Shown piece after piece: positions 27,041-38,483 of a DNA stretch of 64,000 nucleotides; position 1 is the first letter of the stretch, and every line of letters starts with the position of its first letter. The notes under the pieces are model-generated. The model ran no database searches and was not told where the DNA came from. It saw nothing but the letters and a program-made list of their open reading frames with translations. Position numbers and translations under genes: made by a program. The stretch is taken from NCBI GenBank assembly GCA_016790515.1, contig JAEUOY010000168.1, positions 537-64,536 on the forward strand. Reading direction: 5' to 3'. Origin of the DNA: Burkholderiaceae bacterium. GTDB lineage: Bacteria > Pseudomonadota > Gammaproteobacteria > Burkholderiales > Burkholderiaceae_C.

Positions 27041-27610
27041 TCATTTCTCCTGGATCAGGCTGGCTTGGTTGATGATGACGGGCTTTTGCGGCACGTTCTG
27101 GTGGCCGGCGCGGTTGCCGACCGGCACGGTCTTGATGCGGTCGACGACGTCCATGCCCTCGACCACCTGGCCGAAGACGGCATAGCCGTTGCCGTCGGGC
27201 GAGTTCCGGGCGTCCAGTCGCGCGTTGTCGGCGACGTTGATGAAGAACTGCGCGGTCGCCGAATCGGGTATGTTGGTCCGCGCCATCGCGACGCTGCCGC
27301 GCCGGTTCGACAGGCCGTTGCGCGACTCGAGCGGGATCGGCGACAGCGTCGGCTTCTCCTGCATCTCGGCGTTGAAGCCGCCGCCCTGGATCATGAAGCC
27401 GTCGATCACGCGGTGGAACACCAGCCCGTCGTAGTGGCCGGACTTGACGTACTGGACGAAGTTGGCGGCCGTCTTCGGCGCCTTGTCGGGCGCCAGCTCG
27501 ATCACGATGTCGCCCATCGAGGTGGCGAGCTTGACCTTCTGGGCCCAGGCGGGCAGGGCCAGTGCCAGCGTGGCGACCAGGGCTGCGGCCAGGGCGGCGG
27601 GGCGTTCCAT
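27041..27610 (-). CDS. ppiA: Periplasmic cyclophilin peptidyl-prolyl isomerase
   Basis: Signal peptide (ALPAWA) plus cyclophilin motifs [23 protein letters not shown]. Confidence 0.92.
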   Translation of the reverse strand: MERPAALAAALVATLALALPAWAQKVKLATSMGDIVIELAPDKAPKTAANFVQYVKSGHYDGLVFHRVIDGFMIQGGGFNAEMQEKPTLSPIPLESRNGLSNRRGSVAMARTNIPDSATAQFFINVADNARLDARNSPDGNGYAVFGQVVEGMDVVDRIKTVPVGNRAGHQNVPQKPVIINQASLIQEK

Positions 27611-27675
27611 TCATCGGCTCCTAGGGGGCAATCTCGGGCGAACGAGGGCTGCGGGTTGCGCTCGCGAGGGGGGCG

Positions 27676-28236
27676 TCAGCGGGTGGCTGCCAGTTCGCGG
27701 ACCAGGCGCAGCTTGGTCTTCAGCAGCGCCTCGACACGCGGGCCATCGGCCGCGGCCTCGTAGGCGCGCTGGGCCAGCCGGACGAACACGTCGCCCAGGT
27801 TCTCGTGGGCGACGCGGTAGTTCGGGTCCAGGCGCAGCGCGGTCTCCAGCAGGCTGCGCGCGCGGTCGAACTGGCCGGCGGCCGCCTGCATCACGGCCAG
27901 GTTGTTGTACGGCTCGGGCAGCTCGGGAAACTCCTCGGTCATGCGCTCGAACACGGCGGCCGCGTCGGCCGGACGGTCGGTCTCGGACAACAGCACGCCC
28001 TGCAGGAAGCGCAGCCGGGCGTCGCCCGGTCGCGCGGCCAGGGCCTGGTCGAGACGCTGCATCGCGCCGGCGCCGTCGCCGCCGCGGAACTGCTGCTCGA
28101 TCTCGCGCGCGGACAAGGCAGGGTCGGCCGCCGCGCCCGCTTGCCCGGCGCCCAGCGCGAGCAGCAGGCCCGCCAGCAGCGCTAGCCGCGTCGCGCGCGG
28201 CGCGACCAGGGTCCGGGATTGTGGTGGTGCGTGCAA
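27676..28236 (-). CDS. Tetratricopeptide repeat protein (exported); start uncertain
   Basis: Signal-like LALLAGLLLALGAGQAGA; TPR motifs PELPEPYNNLAV, PNYRVAHENLGD. Confidence 0.8.
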   Translation of the reverse strand: MHAPPQSRTLVAPRATRLALLAGLLLALGAGQAGAAADPALSAREIEQQFRGGDGAGAMQRLDQALAARPGDARLRFLQGVLLSETDRPADAAAVFERMTEEFPELPEPYNNLAVMQAAAGQFDRARSLLETALRLDPNYRVAHENLGDVFVRLAQRAYEAAADGPRVEALLKTKLRLVRELAATR

Positions 28237-28328
28237 GCCGTGGGCCGAGCAAAAGGATCGAGGGTTGATCGAGGGCAAGAAGGCCCCCCGATGGCCGCGG
28301 CGCAGAGGGTGCCGAGGGGGTGCCGCCG

Positions 28329-28350
28329 CTATACTGAATCGATTGTATAG
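28329..28350. promoter_or_regulatory. Overlapping -10 elements on opposite strands serving cysS (+) and the TPR-ppiA-ppiB-lpxH operon (-)
   Basis: AT-rich near-palindrome CTATACTGAATCGATTGTATAG with TATACT on + (28330-28335) and TACAAT on - (28342-28347). Confidence 0.55.
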
Positions 28351-28488
28351 ACCCCCCCGGGGATGCCGTGTCGGTGGCCTGTCGGGAACCCGAGCCGCCG
28401 CCCGGGTGTCGCTGCAGCCCCGCTCCCCACCCGTTCCTCCCCACTGATCACGGCCGCCGTTCCTGGCGGCCGCCTTCCGCACCGGCCG

Positions 28489-29910
28489 ATGACGCTACGC
28501 CTGCACAACACGCTGACCCGCCGGCTCGAGCCCTTCGAGCCGATCACGCCCGGCCAGGTGCGCATGTACGTCTGCGGCATGACGATCTACGACCTGTGCC
28601 ACATGGGCCATGCGCGGATGATGATGGCCTTCGACGTCGTCTACCGCTGGCTCGAGGCCAGCGGCTACCAGGTGACCTATGTGCGCAACATCACCGACAT
28701 CGAGGACAAGATCATCCACCGCGCGGTCGAGCGCGGCATCACGATCCGCGCGCTGACCGACGAGATGATCGCCGCGATGCGGCAGGACCTGGCCGCCATC
28801 GGCACCGTGGCGCCGACCCACGAGCCGCGCGCCACCGACTACGTGCCGCAGATGCTGGCGATGATCGCCACGCTCGAGGACAAGGGCCTGGCCTACCGCG
28901 CCGGCGGCGGCCGGCCGGGCGGCGACGTCAACTTCGCGGTGCGCAGGTTCCCCGGCTACGGCAAGCTGTCGGGCAAGAGCCTGGACGAGTTGCGCGCCGG
29001 TGAACGGGTGGCGGTGGACGACGGCAAGGCCGACCCGCTCGACTTCGTGCTGTGGAAGGCCGCCAAGCCCGACGAACCCGACGACGCCAAGTTCGACGGC
29101 GGGCCGCGCGACTACGGCCCGGGCCGCCCGGGCTGGCACATCGAATGCTCGGCGATGAGCTGCGCGCTGCTCGGCGAGCGCTTCGACATCCACGGCGGCG
29201 GCATGGACCTGCAGTTCCCCCATCACGAGAACGAGATCGCGCAGAGCGAGGGCGCGCTGGGCCACCCGTTCGTCAACGTCTGGCTGCACAACGGCTTCCT
29301 CAACGTCGACAACGAGAAGATGTCCAAGAGCCTGGGCAACTTCTTCACGATCCGCGACGTGCTGAAGACCTTCGACGGCGAGACGCTGCGCTTCTTCATG
29401 CTGCGCACCCATTACCGCAGCCCGTTCAACTTCAGCGACCAGCTGCTCGACGACGCGCGCACCGCGCTGCGGCGGCTCTACACCGCGCTCGATGCGACCT
29501 GGGGCGGTGCACCCGTGCCGGCCGGCAACATCGCGATCGACTGGTCGCTGCCGCAGGCCGCGGCCTTCAAGGCGGCGATGGACGAGGACTTCAACACCCC
29601 CGGCGCGCTGGCGGTGCTGTTCGAGCTGGCCAACGAGTGCAACCGCAGCCGCTCGCCCGACACCGCGGCGCTGCTGCGCGCGCTGGCGGCCACGCTGGGA
29701 GTGCTGCAGCAACCGCCGCGCAGCTTCCTGCAGGCGCCGCAGCCCGGCGGCGGGCTCGACGAAGCCAGCATCGAGCGGTTGATCGCCGAGCGCGCCGCGG
29801 CCAAGGCGGCGAAGAACTTCGCCGGGGCCGACCGCATCCGCAAGGACCTGGCCGCTCAGGGCATCGAGTTGAAGGACTCGGCCGCCGGCACGACCTGGGT
29901 GAGGGCCTGA
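28489..29910 (+). CDS. cysS: Cysteine--tRNA ligase
   Basis: [16 protein letters not shown] (HIGH-like), [24 protein letters not shown]. Confidence 0.97.
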   Translation: MTLRLHNTLTRRLEPFEPITPGQVRMYVCGMTIYDLCHMGHARMMMAFDVVYRWLEASGYQVTYVRNITDIEDKIIHRAVERGITIRALTDEMIAAMRQDLAAIGTVAPTHEPRATDYVPQMLAMIATLEDKGLAYRAGGGRPGGDVNFAVRRFPGYGKLSGKSLDELRAGERVAVDDGKADPLDFVLWKAAKPDEPDDAKFDGGPRDYGPGRPGWHIECSAMSCALLGERFDIHGGGMDLQFPHHENEIAQSEGALGHPFVNVWLHNGFLNVDNEKMSKSLGNFFTIRDVLKTFDGETLRFFMLRTHYRSPFNFSDQLLDDARTALRRLYTALDATWGGAPVPAGNIAIDWSLPQAAAFKAAMDEDFNTPGALAVLFELANECNRSRSPDTAALLRALAATLGVLQQPPRSFLQAPQPGGGLDEASIERLIAERAAAKAAKNFAGADRIRKDLAAQGIELKDSAAGTTWVRA

Positions 29911-29912
29911 GC

Positions 29913-30596
29913 GTGCCCGATTCGAGCGCCCAGCGCGCCGCGCCGGCCGACGCTTCGCCGGCAACGGTGACGCCGCCCTACTGGGACGAGGCCTGCCGCC
30001 ACCTGGCCCGGCGCGACCGGGTCATGAAGAAGCTGATCCCGAAGTTCGGCGAGGCGCGGCTGCAGAGCCGCGGCGACGCCTTCACGACGCTGGCGCGGTC
30101 GATCGTCGGCCAGCAGATCTCGGTGAAGGCCGCGCAGTCGGTCTGGGAGCGCTTCGCCGCTGAAGTCGGCGGGCCGTCGACCCGGCTCGCGCCGGCCTCG
30201 GTGCTGGCGCTGGACACGCCGACGCTGCGCGGCGCCGGCCTGTCGGCGCGCAAGGCCGAGTACCTGCTCGACCTGGCGCGGCATTTCGAGTCGGGCGTCG
30301 TGCACGTGCCGCTGTGGCAGCAGATGGACGACGAGGAGATCATCGACGAACTGGTCGCGATCCGCGGCATCGGCCGCTGGACCGCCGAGATGTTCCTGAT
30401 CTTCCACCTGATGCGGCCCAACGTGCTGCCGCTGGACGACCTGGGGCTGATCAAGGGCATCTCGCTGGGCTACTTCAGCGGCGAGCCGGTGTCGCGCGCC
30501 GAGGCCCGCGAGCTCGGCGAGGCCTGGGCGCCGTACCGCTCGGTGGCCACCTGGTACATCTGGCGGAGCCTGGACCCGCTGCCGGTAGACTACTGA
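29913..30596 (+). CDS. alkA: DNA-3-methyladenine glycosylase (AlkA/HhH-GPD family)
   Basis: IVGQQIS.KAA, GIGRWTAEMFLIF, PLDDLG, WAPYRS.A; GTG start at 29913. Confidence 0.88.
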   Translation: MPDSSAQRAAPADASPATVTPPYWDEACRHLARRDRVMKKLIPKFGEARLQSRGDAFTTLARSIVGQQISVKAAQSVWERFAAEVGGPSTRLAPASVLALDTPTLRGAGLSARKAEYLLDLARHFESGVVHVPLWQQMDDEEIIDELVAIRGIGRWTAEMFLIFHLMRPNVLPLDDLGLIKGISLGYFSGEPVSRAEARELGEAWAPYRSVATWYIWRSLDPLPVDY

Positions 30597-30683
30597 GCGA
30601 TTTCCCACAACGGTCCGAAGCATGAGCGCGCCGGGCCGCTTCCAAGCGCGAATCCCGGAGCACGCAGTGCGGAGGGCAGTCCC

Positions 30684-31655
30684 ATGAGCAAACGACATTT
30701 CCTCGACTTCGAGCAGCCGATCGCCGAGCTCGAGAACAAGATCGAAGAGCTGCGCTTCGTGCAGAGCGAATCGGCGGTGGACATCTCCGAGGAGATCGGC
30801 CGGCTCGACAAGAAGAGCCAGCAGCTGGCCAAGGAGATCTACTCGAACCTGTCGCCCTGGCAGGTGACGCAGATCGCGCGCCACCCGCAGCGGCCGTACG
30901 CGCTGGATTACATCGGCGAGATCTTCACCGACTGGCAGGAGCTGCACGGCGACCGCGCCTTCGCCGACGACGCCTCGATCGTCGGCGGGCTGGCGCGCTT
31001 CAACGGCCAGGCCTGCATGGTGATCGGCCACCAGAAGGGGCGCGACACCAAGGAGCGCGGCCTGCGCAACTTCGGCATGTCGCGGCCCGAGGGCTACCGC
31101 AAGGCGCTGCGGCTGATGAAGCTGGCCGAGAAGTTCGGCCTGCCCGTCTTCACCTTCGTCGACACCCCTGGCGCCTACCCCGGCATCGGCGCCGAGGAGC
31201 GCGGCCAGAGCGAGGCGATCGGCCGCAACATCTTCGAGATGGCGCAGCTCGAGGTGCCGATCGTCGTCACGATCATCGGCGAGGGCGGCTCGGGCGGGGC
31301 GCTGGCGATCAGCGTCGGCGACCAGGTGCTGATGCTGCAGTTCTCGGTCTACTCGGTGATCTCGCCCGAGGGCTGTGCGTCGATCCTGTGGAAGACCTCC
31401 GACCGCGCGGCCGACGCCGCCGAGGCGCTGGGCATCACCGCGCACCGGCTGAAGGCGCTGGGGCTGATCGACAAGGTGGTCAGCGAGCCGGTGGGCGGCG
31501 CCCACCGCGACCCGCGGCAGATGGCCTCGCAACTCAAGCGCGCGCTGGTCGACGCGCTGCGCCAGGTGTCCGACCTCAAGCCCAAGGACCTGCTGCAGCG
31601 GCGCTACGACCGGCTGCAGGCCTATGGGCGCTTCGCCGACACCAAGGACCGTTGA
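30684..31655 (+). CDS. accA: Acetyl-CoA carboxylase carboxyltransferase alpha subunit
   Basis: [41 protein letters not shown]. Confidence 0.97.
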   Translation: MSKRHFLDFEQPIAELENKIEELRFVQSESAVDISEEIGRLDKKSQQLAKEIYSNLSPWQVTQIARHPQRPYALDYIGEIFTDWQELHGDRAFADDASIVGGLARFNGQACMVIGHQKGRDTKERGLRNFGMSRPEGYRKALRLMKLAEKFGLPVFTFVDTPGAYPGIGAEERGQSEAIGRNIFEMAQLEVPIVVTIIGEGGSGGALAISVGDQVLMLQFSVYSVISPEGCASILWKTSDRAADAAEALGITAHRLKALGLIDKVVSEPVGGAHRDPRQMASQLKRALVDALRQVSDLKPKDLLQRRYDRLQAYGRFADTKDR

Positions 31656-33078
31656 GCCTCTGCCGGCCCGCGCCGGCACTGCTGTCCCGCCAGAGCCCGG
31701 CCGCGTCGTCGCGATCGCCTACAGTGGCGGGCGCGATTCGCTGGCCCTGCTGCACGCCACCTGCCGCGCCGCGGCGCCCTTGGGTCTGCAGGTGGTCGCG
31801 CTGCATGTGCACCATGGCCTGCAGCCCGATGCGCACGCCTGGCTCCGGCAGGCCAGGCGACTCTGCGCCCGCTGGCGCCGCCGCGGCTGGCCGCTGCAGT
31901 TGCGCTGGGCACGCCTGGAAGGCGCGCCGGCGCCGGGCGACAGCGTCGAGGCCTGGGCCCGGCGCGGCCGCCGCGCGGCGCTGGACCGCATGGCCCGCGA
32001 GTCCGGCGCGACGCTGCTGCTGCTGGCCCACCACCGGCGCGACCAGGCCGAGACGCTATTGCTGCAGGCGCTGCGCGGCGGCGGGCCGGCCGGGCTGTCG
32101 GCGATGCCGGCCGTCGCCGACCGCGCTGGCCTGGCCTGGGCCCGGCCCTGGCTGGACCAGCCGCGTGAGGCGATCGACGCCTATGTGCAGCGCCACCGCC
32201 TGCAGCCGGTGCACGACCCGTCGAACGACGACCTGCGGCTGGCCCGCAGCCGGCTGCGCCAGCAGGTGTGGCCGGCACTGACGGCGGCTTTCGGCGACGC
32301 CGAGGCAACGCTCGCGGCGGCGGCGCGCCGGGCCCAGGAGGCGGCGGCCGCGCTCGCCGAACTGGCGGCGATCGACCTGGCGCCGCTGGTCGACGACCAG
32401 GGCCGGCTGCAGTTCGCCGGCTGGCGCGCGCTGTCGGCCGCGCGGCAGGCCAACACGCTGCGCGCCTGGTGGGCGCTGCAGTCCGGTCACGGCGCCCGGC
32501 AGGCGCTGGTGGACCGGGTGCTGGCCGAGGCCGGCGCGACGGCGGCGGCTTGGTGGCCTGCCGGGGGCGGCTGGGTCTGCCGGCTCTACCGTGGGCGGCT
32601 TCGGGTCGTGCCGCCCGACGCCGGCTTGCGCCCGCCGGCGGAGATGGGCGTGCCGCGCGAGTCGACGCTGGACCTGTCGCGCCCGGGCCGCTGGCCGGCG
32701 CCGGGCTGGTCGGGCGCGTTCGAGGTCGCCGTCGCCGATCCCGCGGCCGCGGTCCGCGGCCTGCCGCCCGGGCTGCTGTGCGCCGTGCAGTTGCGCCCGC
32801 GATCGGGCGGCGAGCAGTTCCAGGCCCGCCCCGGCAGCCCGCCGCGCAGCCTGAAGAAGCAGTTCCAGGCCGCCGCGCTGCCGGCGCAGCAGCGCTGCGG
32901 GCCGCTGCTGTGGTCGAGCGATGGCGCGCTGCTGTTCGTGCCCGGCCTCGGTGCCGACGCGCGGCAATGGGCCGCGGCGGGCACGTCTGCGCTGACCTTG
33001 CGCTGGTGCGGCGATCCGGCGCCGTCAGGGTCGCACCTGTCGGGGCAGGAGTCAGGCCCGGACAAGGCCGCCGGCTAG
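31624..33078 (+). CDS. tilS: tRNA(Ile)-lysidine synthetase; start uncertain
   Basis: [10 protein letters not shown]-loop, [34 protein letters not shown]; follows accA. Confidence 0.92.
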   Translation: MGASPTPRTVEPLPARAGTAVPPEPGRVVAIAYSGGRDSLALLHATCRAAAPLGLQVVALHVHHGLQPDAHAWLRQARRLCARWRRRGWPLQLRWARLEGAPAPGDSVEAWARRGRRAALDRMARESGATLLLLAHHRRDQAETLLLQALRGGGPAGLSAMPAVADRAGLAWARPWLDQPREAIDAYVQRHRLQPVHDPSNDDLRLARSRLRQQVWPALTAAFGDAEATLAAAARRAQEAAAALAELAAIDLAPLVDDQGRLQFAGWRALSAARQANTLRAWWALQSGHGARQALVDRVLAEAGATAAAWWPAGGGWVCRLYRGRLRVVPPDAGLRPPAEMGVPRESTLDLSRPGRWPAPGWSGAFEVAVADPAAAVRGLPPGLLCAVQLRPRSGGEQFQARPGSPPRSLKKQFQAAALPAQQRCGPLLWSSDGALLFVPGLGADARQWAAAGTSALTLRWCGDPAPSGSHLSGQESGPDKAAG

Positions 33079-33192
33079 AATATTGGGTTGCGCACCGGGG
33101 CCGCGCCATGCCTGGAGGACGGCTGCAACCGCCGCCAGGCTCCGATGGAGCCCTGCAGAACCCTCGAGACGGGACCGCCGGTCCCCGCAACC

Positions 33193-34467
33193 ATGGCATT
33201 GATCGTTCACAAGTACGGCGGCACCTCGATGGGCTCGCCCGAGCGCATCCGCAGCGTCGCGAAACGGGTGGCCAAGTGGGCCCGCGCCGGCCACCAGATG
33301 GTGGTCGTTCCGTCGGCGATGAGCGGCGAGACCAACCGCCTGCTCGGGCTGGCCAAGGAACTGCAGCCGGCCCAGCTGGACGCCGCGGCGATGCGCGAGC
33401 TCGACGCGATCGCCGCCACCGGCGAGCAGGTCTCGGTCGGGCTGCTGGCGCTGGCGCTTCAGGCCGAGGGCCAGCCGGCGGTCAGCTATGCCGGCTGGCA
33501 GGTGCCGATCCGCACCGACAGCACCTACACCAAGGCGCGCATCGAATCGATCGCCGACGACCGCGTGCGCGCCGAGCTCGACGCCGGCAAGGTGGTCATC
33601 ATCACCGGATTCCAGGGCATCGACGAGACCGGCTCGGTCACCACGCTGGGCCGCGGCGGGTCGGACACCTCGGCGGTGGCGGTGGCGGCGGCGCTGAAGG
33701 CGGCCGAATGCCTGATCTACACCGATGTCGACGGCGTCTACACCACCGACCCGCGGGTGGTGCCCGAGGCCCGGCGCATGCGCACGATCAGCTTCGAGGA
33801 GATGCTCGAGATGGCCAGCCTGGGCAGCAAGGTGCTGCAGATCCGCTCGGTCGAATTCGCCGGCAAGTACCGCGTGCCGCTGCGCGTGCTGTCGAGCTTC
33901 ACGCCCTGGGACATCGCCATCGACGAAGAGGCCAAGTCGGGCACCCTGATCACTTTCGAGGAAGACGCCAACATGGAACAAGCAATCGTCTCGGGCATCG
34001 CCTTCAATCGCGACGAGGCCAAGTTCACCGTGGTCGGCGTGCCCGACCGGCGGGGCATCGCCTACCAGATCCTCGGCGCGGTGGCCGATGCCAACATCGA
34101 CGTCGACGTGATCGTGCAGAACGTCTCGCACGACGGCCGCACCGATTTCTCGTTCACCGTGCACCGCAACGATTTCCAGCGCACCAACGAGCTGCTGAAG
34201 ACCAGCATCGTGCCGGCCACCGGCGCGGCGCAGTTCACCGCCGACCCGCGAATCTGCAAGGTGTCGATCGTCGGCATCGGCATGAAGAGCCATGTCGGCG
34301 TGGCCAGCACGATGTTCCGCACGCTGGCCGAGGAGGGCATCAACATCCAGATGATCACCACCAGCGAGATCAAGACCTCGGTGGTGCTCGACGAGAAGTA
34401 CATGGAGCTCGCGGTGCGAGCGCTGCACAAGGCCTTCGGGCTGGACGCGCCGGAGGCCGTGGCCTGA
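33193..34467 (+). CDS. lysC: Aspartate kinase
   Basis: [37 protein letters not shown], two ACT domains ending TSEIKTSV. Confidence 0.96.
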   Translation: MALIVHKYGGTSMGSPERIRSVAKRVAKWARAGHQMVVVPSAMSGETNRLLGLAKELQPAQLDAAAMRELDAIAATGEQVSVGLLALALQAEGQPAVSYAGWQVPIRTDSTYTKARIESIADDRVRAELDAGKVVIITGFQGIDETGSVTTLGRGGSDTSAVAVAAALKAAECLIYTDVDGVYTTDPRVVPEARRMRTISFEEMLEMASLGSKVLQIRSVEFAGKYRVPLRVLSSFTPWDIAIDEEAKSGTLITFEEDANMEQAIVSGIAFNRDEAKFTVVGVPDRRGIAYQILGAVADANIDVDVIVQNVSHDGRTDFSFTVHRNDFQRTNELLKTSIVPATGAAQFTADPRICKVSIVGIGMKSHVGVASTMFRTLAEEGINIQMITTSEIKTSVVLDEKYMELAVRALHKAFGLDAPEAVA

Positions 34468-34547
34468 TCGCGCCGGCGTGAAATGATCGTCCGGCGGCGC
34501 GCCGAGCCGGGCGCTTTGCTGGGCTAGAATGCGCCTTGACCTGCCCC

Positions 34548-34640
34548 GGAGTCGTGACCGAGTGGCCGAAGGTGCTCCCCTGCTAAGGGAGTATGGGGCT
34601 TAAAACTCCATCGAGGGTTCGAATCCCTCCGACTCCGCCA
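34548..34640 (+). tRNA. tRNA-Ser (anticodon GCT)
   Basis: GGAGTCG/CGACTCC acceptor stem, anticodon arm CTCCC-CTGCTAA-GGGAG, long variable arm, GGTTCGAATCC T-loop, encoded CCA; TAGAAT -10 at 34525-34530. Confidence 0.96.
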
Positions 34641-34646
34641 ATGCAT

Positions 34647-34679
34647 GACCCCAGGTGATCGACTCGCCTGGGGTCTTTT
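34647..34679 (+). terminator. Rho-independent terminator after tRNA-Ser
   Basis: GACCCCAGGTGA-loop-TCGCCTGGGGTC followed by TTTT. Confidence 0.82.
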
Positions 34680-34705
34680 CGTTTGCCGCGCCCGCTGCGC
34701 GACGC

Positions 34706-37210
34706 TCAGGGCGGCGGCACCGCGCCGGCGAGCACGGCGTCCAGCCGGGAGGCGTCGATCGGCTTGGTCAGGAGTTCGTTCATGCCGGCGGCGAGGTACT
34801 GTGCGCGCTGGTCCGGCAGCACATGGGCCGACACCGCGACGATCGGCACCCGGCCGGCGGGGCCCGCAAGCGCCCGGATCGCGCAGGTGGCGCTGACGCC
34901 GTCCATCAGCGGCATCTGGATGTCCATCAACACCAGGTCGTAGCGCGCCTGCTGCACCTGGCGCAAGGCCTCGCTGCCGTCGGCGACGACGTCGACGAAG
35001 TGGCCCCGCTGGGCCAGCATCGCGCTGAGCAGCAGCTGGCTGACGCGGTTGTCGTCGACGACCAGCACGCGCAGTCCGGCGGGCGCCGACGGCAGCGCCG
35101 GGCCGGGCGTGCCGGCCGCGGCCTGGGCCGCCTCGGCCGTTGCCGGGGTGCCTGGCGCCACCGCGAGCGGCAGGCGCACGCGGAACTCGCTGCCCTCGCC
35201 GAGCCGGCTGGCGACGCCGATCTCGCCGCCCATCAGTTCGACCAGTTCGCGCGAGATCGCCAGCCCCAGGCCGCTGCCGCCGTAGCGGCGTGAAAAGCTG
35301 TTGTCGGCCTGCGTGAAGCGCTCGAACAGCGTCGGCAGCACTTCGGGCGCGATGCCGATGCCGGTGTCGCGCACGCGCAGCGTCCAGTCGACGCGGCCGT
35401 CGCCGCGCGCCGCGTGCTCGCTCTGCACGACGACGCTGCCCGCCTGCGTGAACTTGACGGCATTGCCGATCAGGTTGAACAGCACCTGGCGGATGCGGCC
35501 GGCATCGCCGACCAGCCGCGCCGGCATGCCGGGTGGATCGGCCATCGTCAGCGTGATGCCCTTGTCCGTCGCCCGTGCCGAGAGCAGCGCGGCAACCTCC
35601 CCGACCAGCGCCACCGGGTCGAAGACGACCGACTCGAGGACCATCCGGCCGGCCTCGAGGCGCGACATGTCGAGCACGTCGTTGATGATGTCGAGCAGGG
35701 CTTCGCCGGACGAGCGGATGGTCTCGGCATACATCCGCTGCCGGGGATCCAGCGCGGTGTCGAGCAGCAGCCCGTTCATCCCGAGCACGCCGTTCAACGG
35801 CGTGCGCAGCTCATGGCTCATCGTCGCCAGGAAGCGTGTCTTGGCCTCGTTGGCCGCTTCGGCGGCGAGGCGGGCGCGCTCGAGCTCTTCGGCCGCCGCG
35901 CGGGCGCGCGTCACGTCGCGGTAGACCGACACCGTGCCGCCGCTGGCCGTGCGGCGCTCGACCACGCTGACGATGCGGCCGTCGGGCAGGTGCTGCTCGT
36001 TCTCGCGGTCGGTCACGTAGCGGTCGGCCAGCCGCTGCTCGATCCACGCCCGGCGCTCGGCCTCGCTCGCCTGCGGCAGCATGCCGCGGGCACCGGCCTC
36101 GGCCACCACCTGCAGGCCGGTGCCGGCAGCGATCGTGCCGCGCAGGTGCGGAAACAGCTCCAGGTAGCGCTCGTTCCACGACAGCACGCGCTGGTCGGCG
36201 TCCCACAGCAGGAAGCCCTCGTCCATCGACGCCAGCGCCTGTTCGAGCACCTGCCGCGCCTGCAGCGCGTCGCGCGAGACCCGTGTCAGCCGGCGCAATG
36301 TGGTCTGCGTCAGCGCGCCCAGCACGACCGCCAGCAGCGCCAGGAAGCCGGCCATCGCGACCGTCGTCGTGCGCGCCGCCCTGGATCGCGCGTCGACCGA
36401 CCCGGCCGACAGCTCGGCGGTGACCCAGACCGAGCCGTACAGCGTCGGCCGCGCCGCCGCGTAGACCAAGGGCTCGCCGAGCCGTCCTGCGGTGAGCGTC
36501 ACCCCGCTCGGGGCGACGCGGGGGCCCGGTCGAACCGCCTGCCGGCGCCCGAGCAGCGAGTCGTGCGCAGGCACGCTGGCGAGCAGCACGCCGTCCTCGT
36601 GCTCGAGCGTCAGGGTCAGTCCGTCGATGTCGACCGGCGGCCCGAGGATGCCGGTCAGTGCGGCAACGGGCACTGCAGCGATCGCGAACACCGGTCCGCG
36701 GCCCGTGTGCTGCGAGCGGCGCGCGAACAGGATGATCTTGTCGCCGCCGGCCCGGCTGGTCGACGGCGTGCTGACCATCATCTGCGGCACGGCCTGGCCG
36801 GCCAGGGCGTCCAGGAAGCCCGCCGGCAGGTCGATGCCCAGGTGGCTCGTCGGCGCCGCCGCAGCCGCGATGACCTCGCCATGCGCGTCGACCAGCGCCA
36901 GGTCGCGCACCAGCAGGCCCTGCTCGACGACCGACTGCAGCAGCTTGGGCGCCGAATGCGCCACGACGTCTCCGGCGTCGAACAGCCCGGGCAGGTTGTC
37001 GAGCCCGGCAAGCTTGAAGTCGACGTCGAGGAAGACCCGGTTGAGCGCCGATTCGGCACTCCGGGCCAGCGACTCGACCTGGCTGCGCGCGTTGCCGACG
37101 GCCTCGTGATCGAAGGTGCGCAGCAGCCAGGCCGCGACCAGGCCGACGGCCAGCACGAAGACGACGACGACGACCCAGATCACCCGCGCCGCGCGCGCCG
37201 ATCGCGTCAT
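34706..37210 (-). CDS. Hybrid sensor histidine kinase (periplasmic Cache-like + PAS + HisKA/HATPase + REC)
   Basis: Two TM helices flanking a periplasmic region; FLATMSHELRTPLNG, NLIGNAVKFT, DTGIGI, GGSGLGL, LMDIQMP; ATG 37210. Confidence 0.9.
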   Translation of the reverse strand: MTRSARAARVIWVVVVVFVLAVGLVAAWLLRTFDHEAVGNARSQVESLARSAESALNRVFLDVDFKLAGLDNLPGLFDAGDVVAHSAPKLLQSVVEQGLLVRDLALVDAHGEVIAAAAAPTSHLGIDLPAGFLDALAGQAVPQMMVSTPSTSRAGGDKIILFARRSQHTGRGPVFAIAAVPVAALTGILGPPVDIDGLTLTLEHEDGVLLASVPAHDSLLGRRQAVRPGPRVAPSGVTLTAGRLGEPLVYAAARPTLYGSVWVTAELSAGSVDARSRAARTTTVAMAGFLALLAVVLGALTQTTLRRLTRVSRDALQARQVLEQALASMDEGFLLWDADQRVLSWNERYLELFPHLRGTIAAGTGLQVVAEAGARGMLPQASEAERRAWIEQRLADRYVTDRENEQHLPDGRIVSVVERRTASGGTVSVYRDVTRARAAAEELERARLAAEAANEAKTRFLATMSHELRTPLNGVLGMNGLLLDTALDPRQRMYAETIRSSGEALLDIINDVLDMSRLEAGRMVLESVVFDPVALVGEVAALLSARATDKGITLTMADPPGMPARLVGDAGRIRQVLFNLIGNAVKFTQAGSVVVQSEHAARGDGRVDWTLRVRDTGIGIAPEVLPTLFERFTQADNSFSRRYGGSGLGLAISRELVELMGGEIGVASRLGEGSEFRVRLPLAVAPGTPATAEAAQAAAGTPGPALPSAPAGLRVLVVDDNRVSQLLLSAMLAQRGHFVDVVADGSEALRQVQQARYDLVLMDIQMPLMDGVSATCAIRALAGPAGRVPIVAVSAHVLPDQRAQYLAAGMNELLTKPIDASRLDAVLAGAVPPP

Positions 37211-38295
37211 CGTGCTCTCGGGGCCGCTTCGATGCCGGTCACCGGGGCGAGCGTGCTGCTCCAGACTTCGGCGCAGGTGTCGCCGCAGCGCTCGATCCAG
37301 CGCGGCAGCACGGTCGACACGACGGTTCGCCGCCAGCGCAGGCGGTCGGCCTCGTCGGCTTCGACGACGACCATGCGGCCTGGTCGGCCGCTGACGCAAC
37401 CCGCGCCGCCGCGGTTGCAGGCCAGGCCTTCGCCGGTCTCGCGCTCCGAGTCGGCCCAGATCGATTGCTCCAGCCGCGCCAGCTCGCGCTGCAGCAGGTC
37501 GCGCAGGTCGGTCGGCAGGGCCCTCCAGGCCGCCGTGTTGGCGCCGAAGATCGCCAGACCCCAGTTGGCCGCCAGCGTGTTGACATGCGTCGTCACCTCG
37601 TGCAGGCCGATGGTGTTGCCCGACATCGTGCCGGTGATCGCGCAATCGATGTCGCCGCTGCGCAGCTTGGCGACGATCTCGCTGAACGCCGTCTGCACCG
37701 GGACCGCGCCCAGCGCCTCGACCAGGTTCGACTGCGTCGGGTTCGACGTTCGGATGCGGCGGCCGGCCAGGTCGACCAGCTTGGCGAAGGGCTTGCGGCA
37801 GAACGTCACCTGCGCCGGATAGGTGTAGATCGCGAGCAGTTCGACGTTCCAGCGCTCGCGCAGCCGGCGCTCGAGAAACGGCCGGAAGGCGGCGACATGG
37901 CGGCGCAGCGTCGCGATGTCGGGGTTCAGGCCGGCCAGGTCGGGTGCACCGATGGGGGGGTCCAGCGTCGCCGACAGCGGAAGCAGCGCGGTCGCGAACG
38001 GCACCGCCCCGACCTTCAGCAGCCGCAGCATCTCCTGGCCGTTGAGCCCGGCTTCGTCGAACGCGACGATCTCGCCGACGGCTCGGCCAGCGGTCAGTCG
38101 CGGCAGTTCGCGGGTCCAGAACGGGCGCTCATGGCGCGTGTACTGGCTCAACTGCCCCAGCCCGCCGACGATGCGCAGGCGCAGCACCTCGTCGGGCTGG
38201 CCAAGCGCCGGCGCAGCGGCGCCCCCCAGCGTGATGCCGACCGCGGTCGCCGCCAGCCTGCCAATCCACCGCCATACCGTCGACCGATCCGGCAT
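37207..38295 (-). CDS. TRAP transporter substrate-binding protein (DctP family), orphan
   Basis: Signal peptide; DLAGRRIR, LGAVPV...FSEI...L..G.ID DctP pattern; 4-bp overlap with the kinase gene. Confidence 0.82.
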   Translation of the reverse strand: MPDRSTVWRWIGRLAATAVGITLGGAAAPALGQPDEVLRLRIVGGLGQLSQYTRHERPFWTRELPRLTAGRAVGEIVAFDEAGLNGQEMLRLLKVGAVPFATALLPLSATLDPPIGAPDLAGLNPDIATLRRHVAAFRPFLERRLRERWNVELLAIYTYPAQVTFCRKPFAKLVDLAGRRIRTSNPTQSNLVEALGAVPVQTAFSEIVAKLRSGDIDCAITGTMSGNTIGLHEVTTHVNTLAANWGLAIFGANTAAWRALPTDLRDLLQRELARLEQSIWADSERETGEGLACNRGGAGCVSGRPGRMVVVEADEADRLRWRRTVVSTVLPRWIERCGDTCAEVWSSTLAPVTGIEAAPRAR

Positions 38296-38483
38296 CGGGC
38301 TCCCCTGTTCGAGTCGAAAGCATTTTTGCACTTTTCGACGCCCGGCAGCCCGCATGGCCCTGCTCCGGGGCCGGTACCTTCTGCTGCCGAGGCGGACCGC
38401 TGCGCGGACTGCGGCCTCGGCAGCGACCTGCCGCCGCGGTGCCTGCGGGACGGCGGCTGCCGACACGCCTGCGGTGGCCGCGC

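Noticed and set aside
33079-33192. Lysine riboswitch upstream of aspartate kinase
   Set aside because: The leader after the TAGAAT -10 (33076-33081, overlapping the tilS stop) is only ~110 nt and shows no L-box features.
34548-38466. Possible genomic island integrated at tRNA-Ser
   Set aside because: No integrase, no duplicated tRNA 3' end noticed in the window, and the tRNA terminator is intact.
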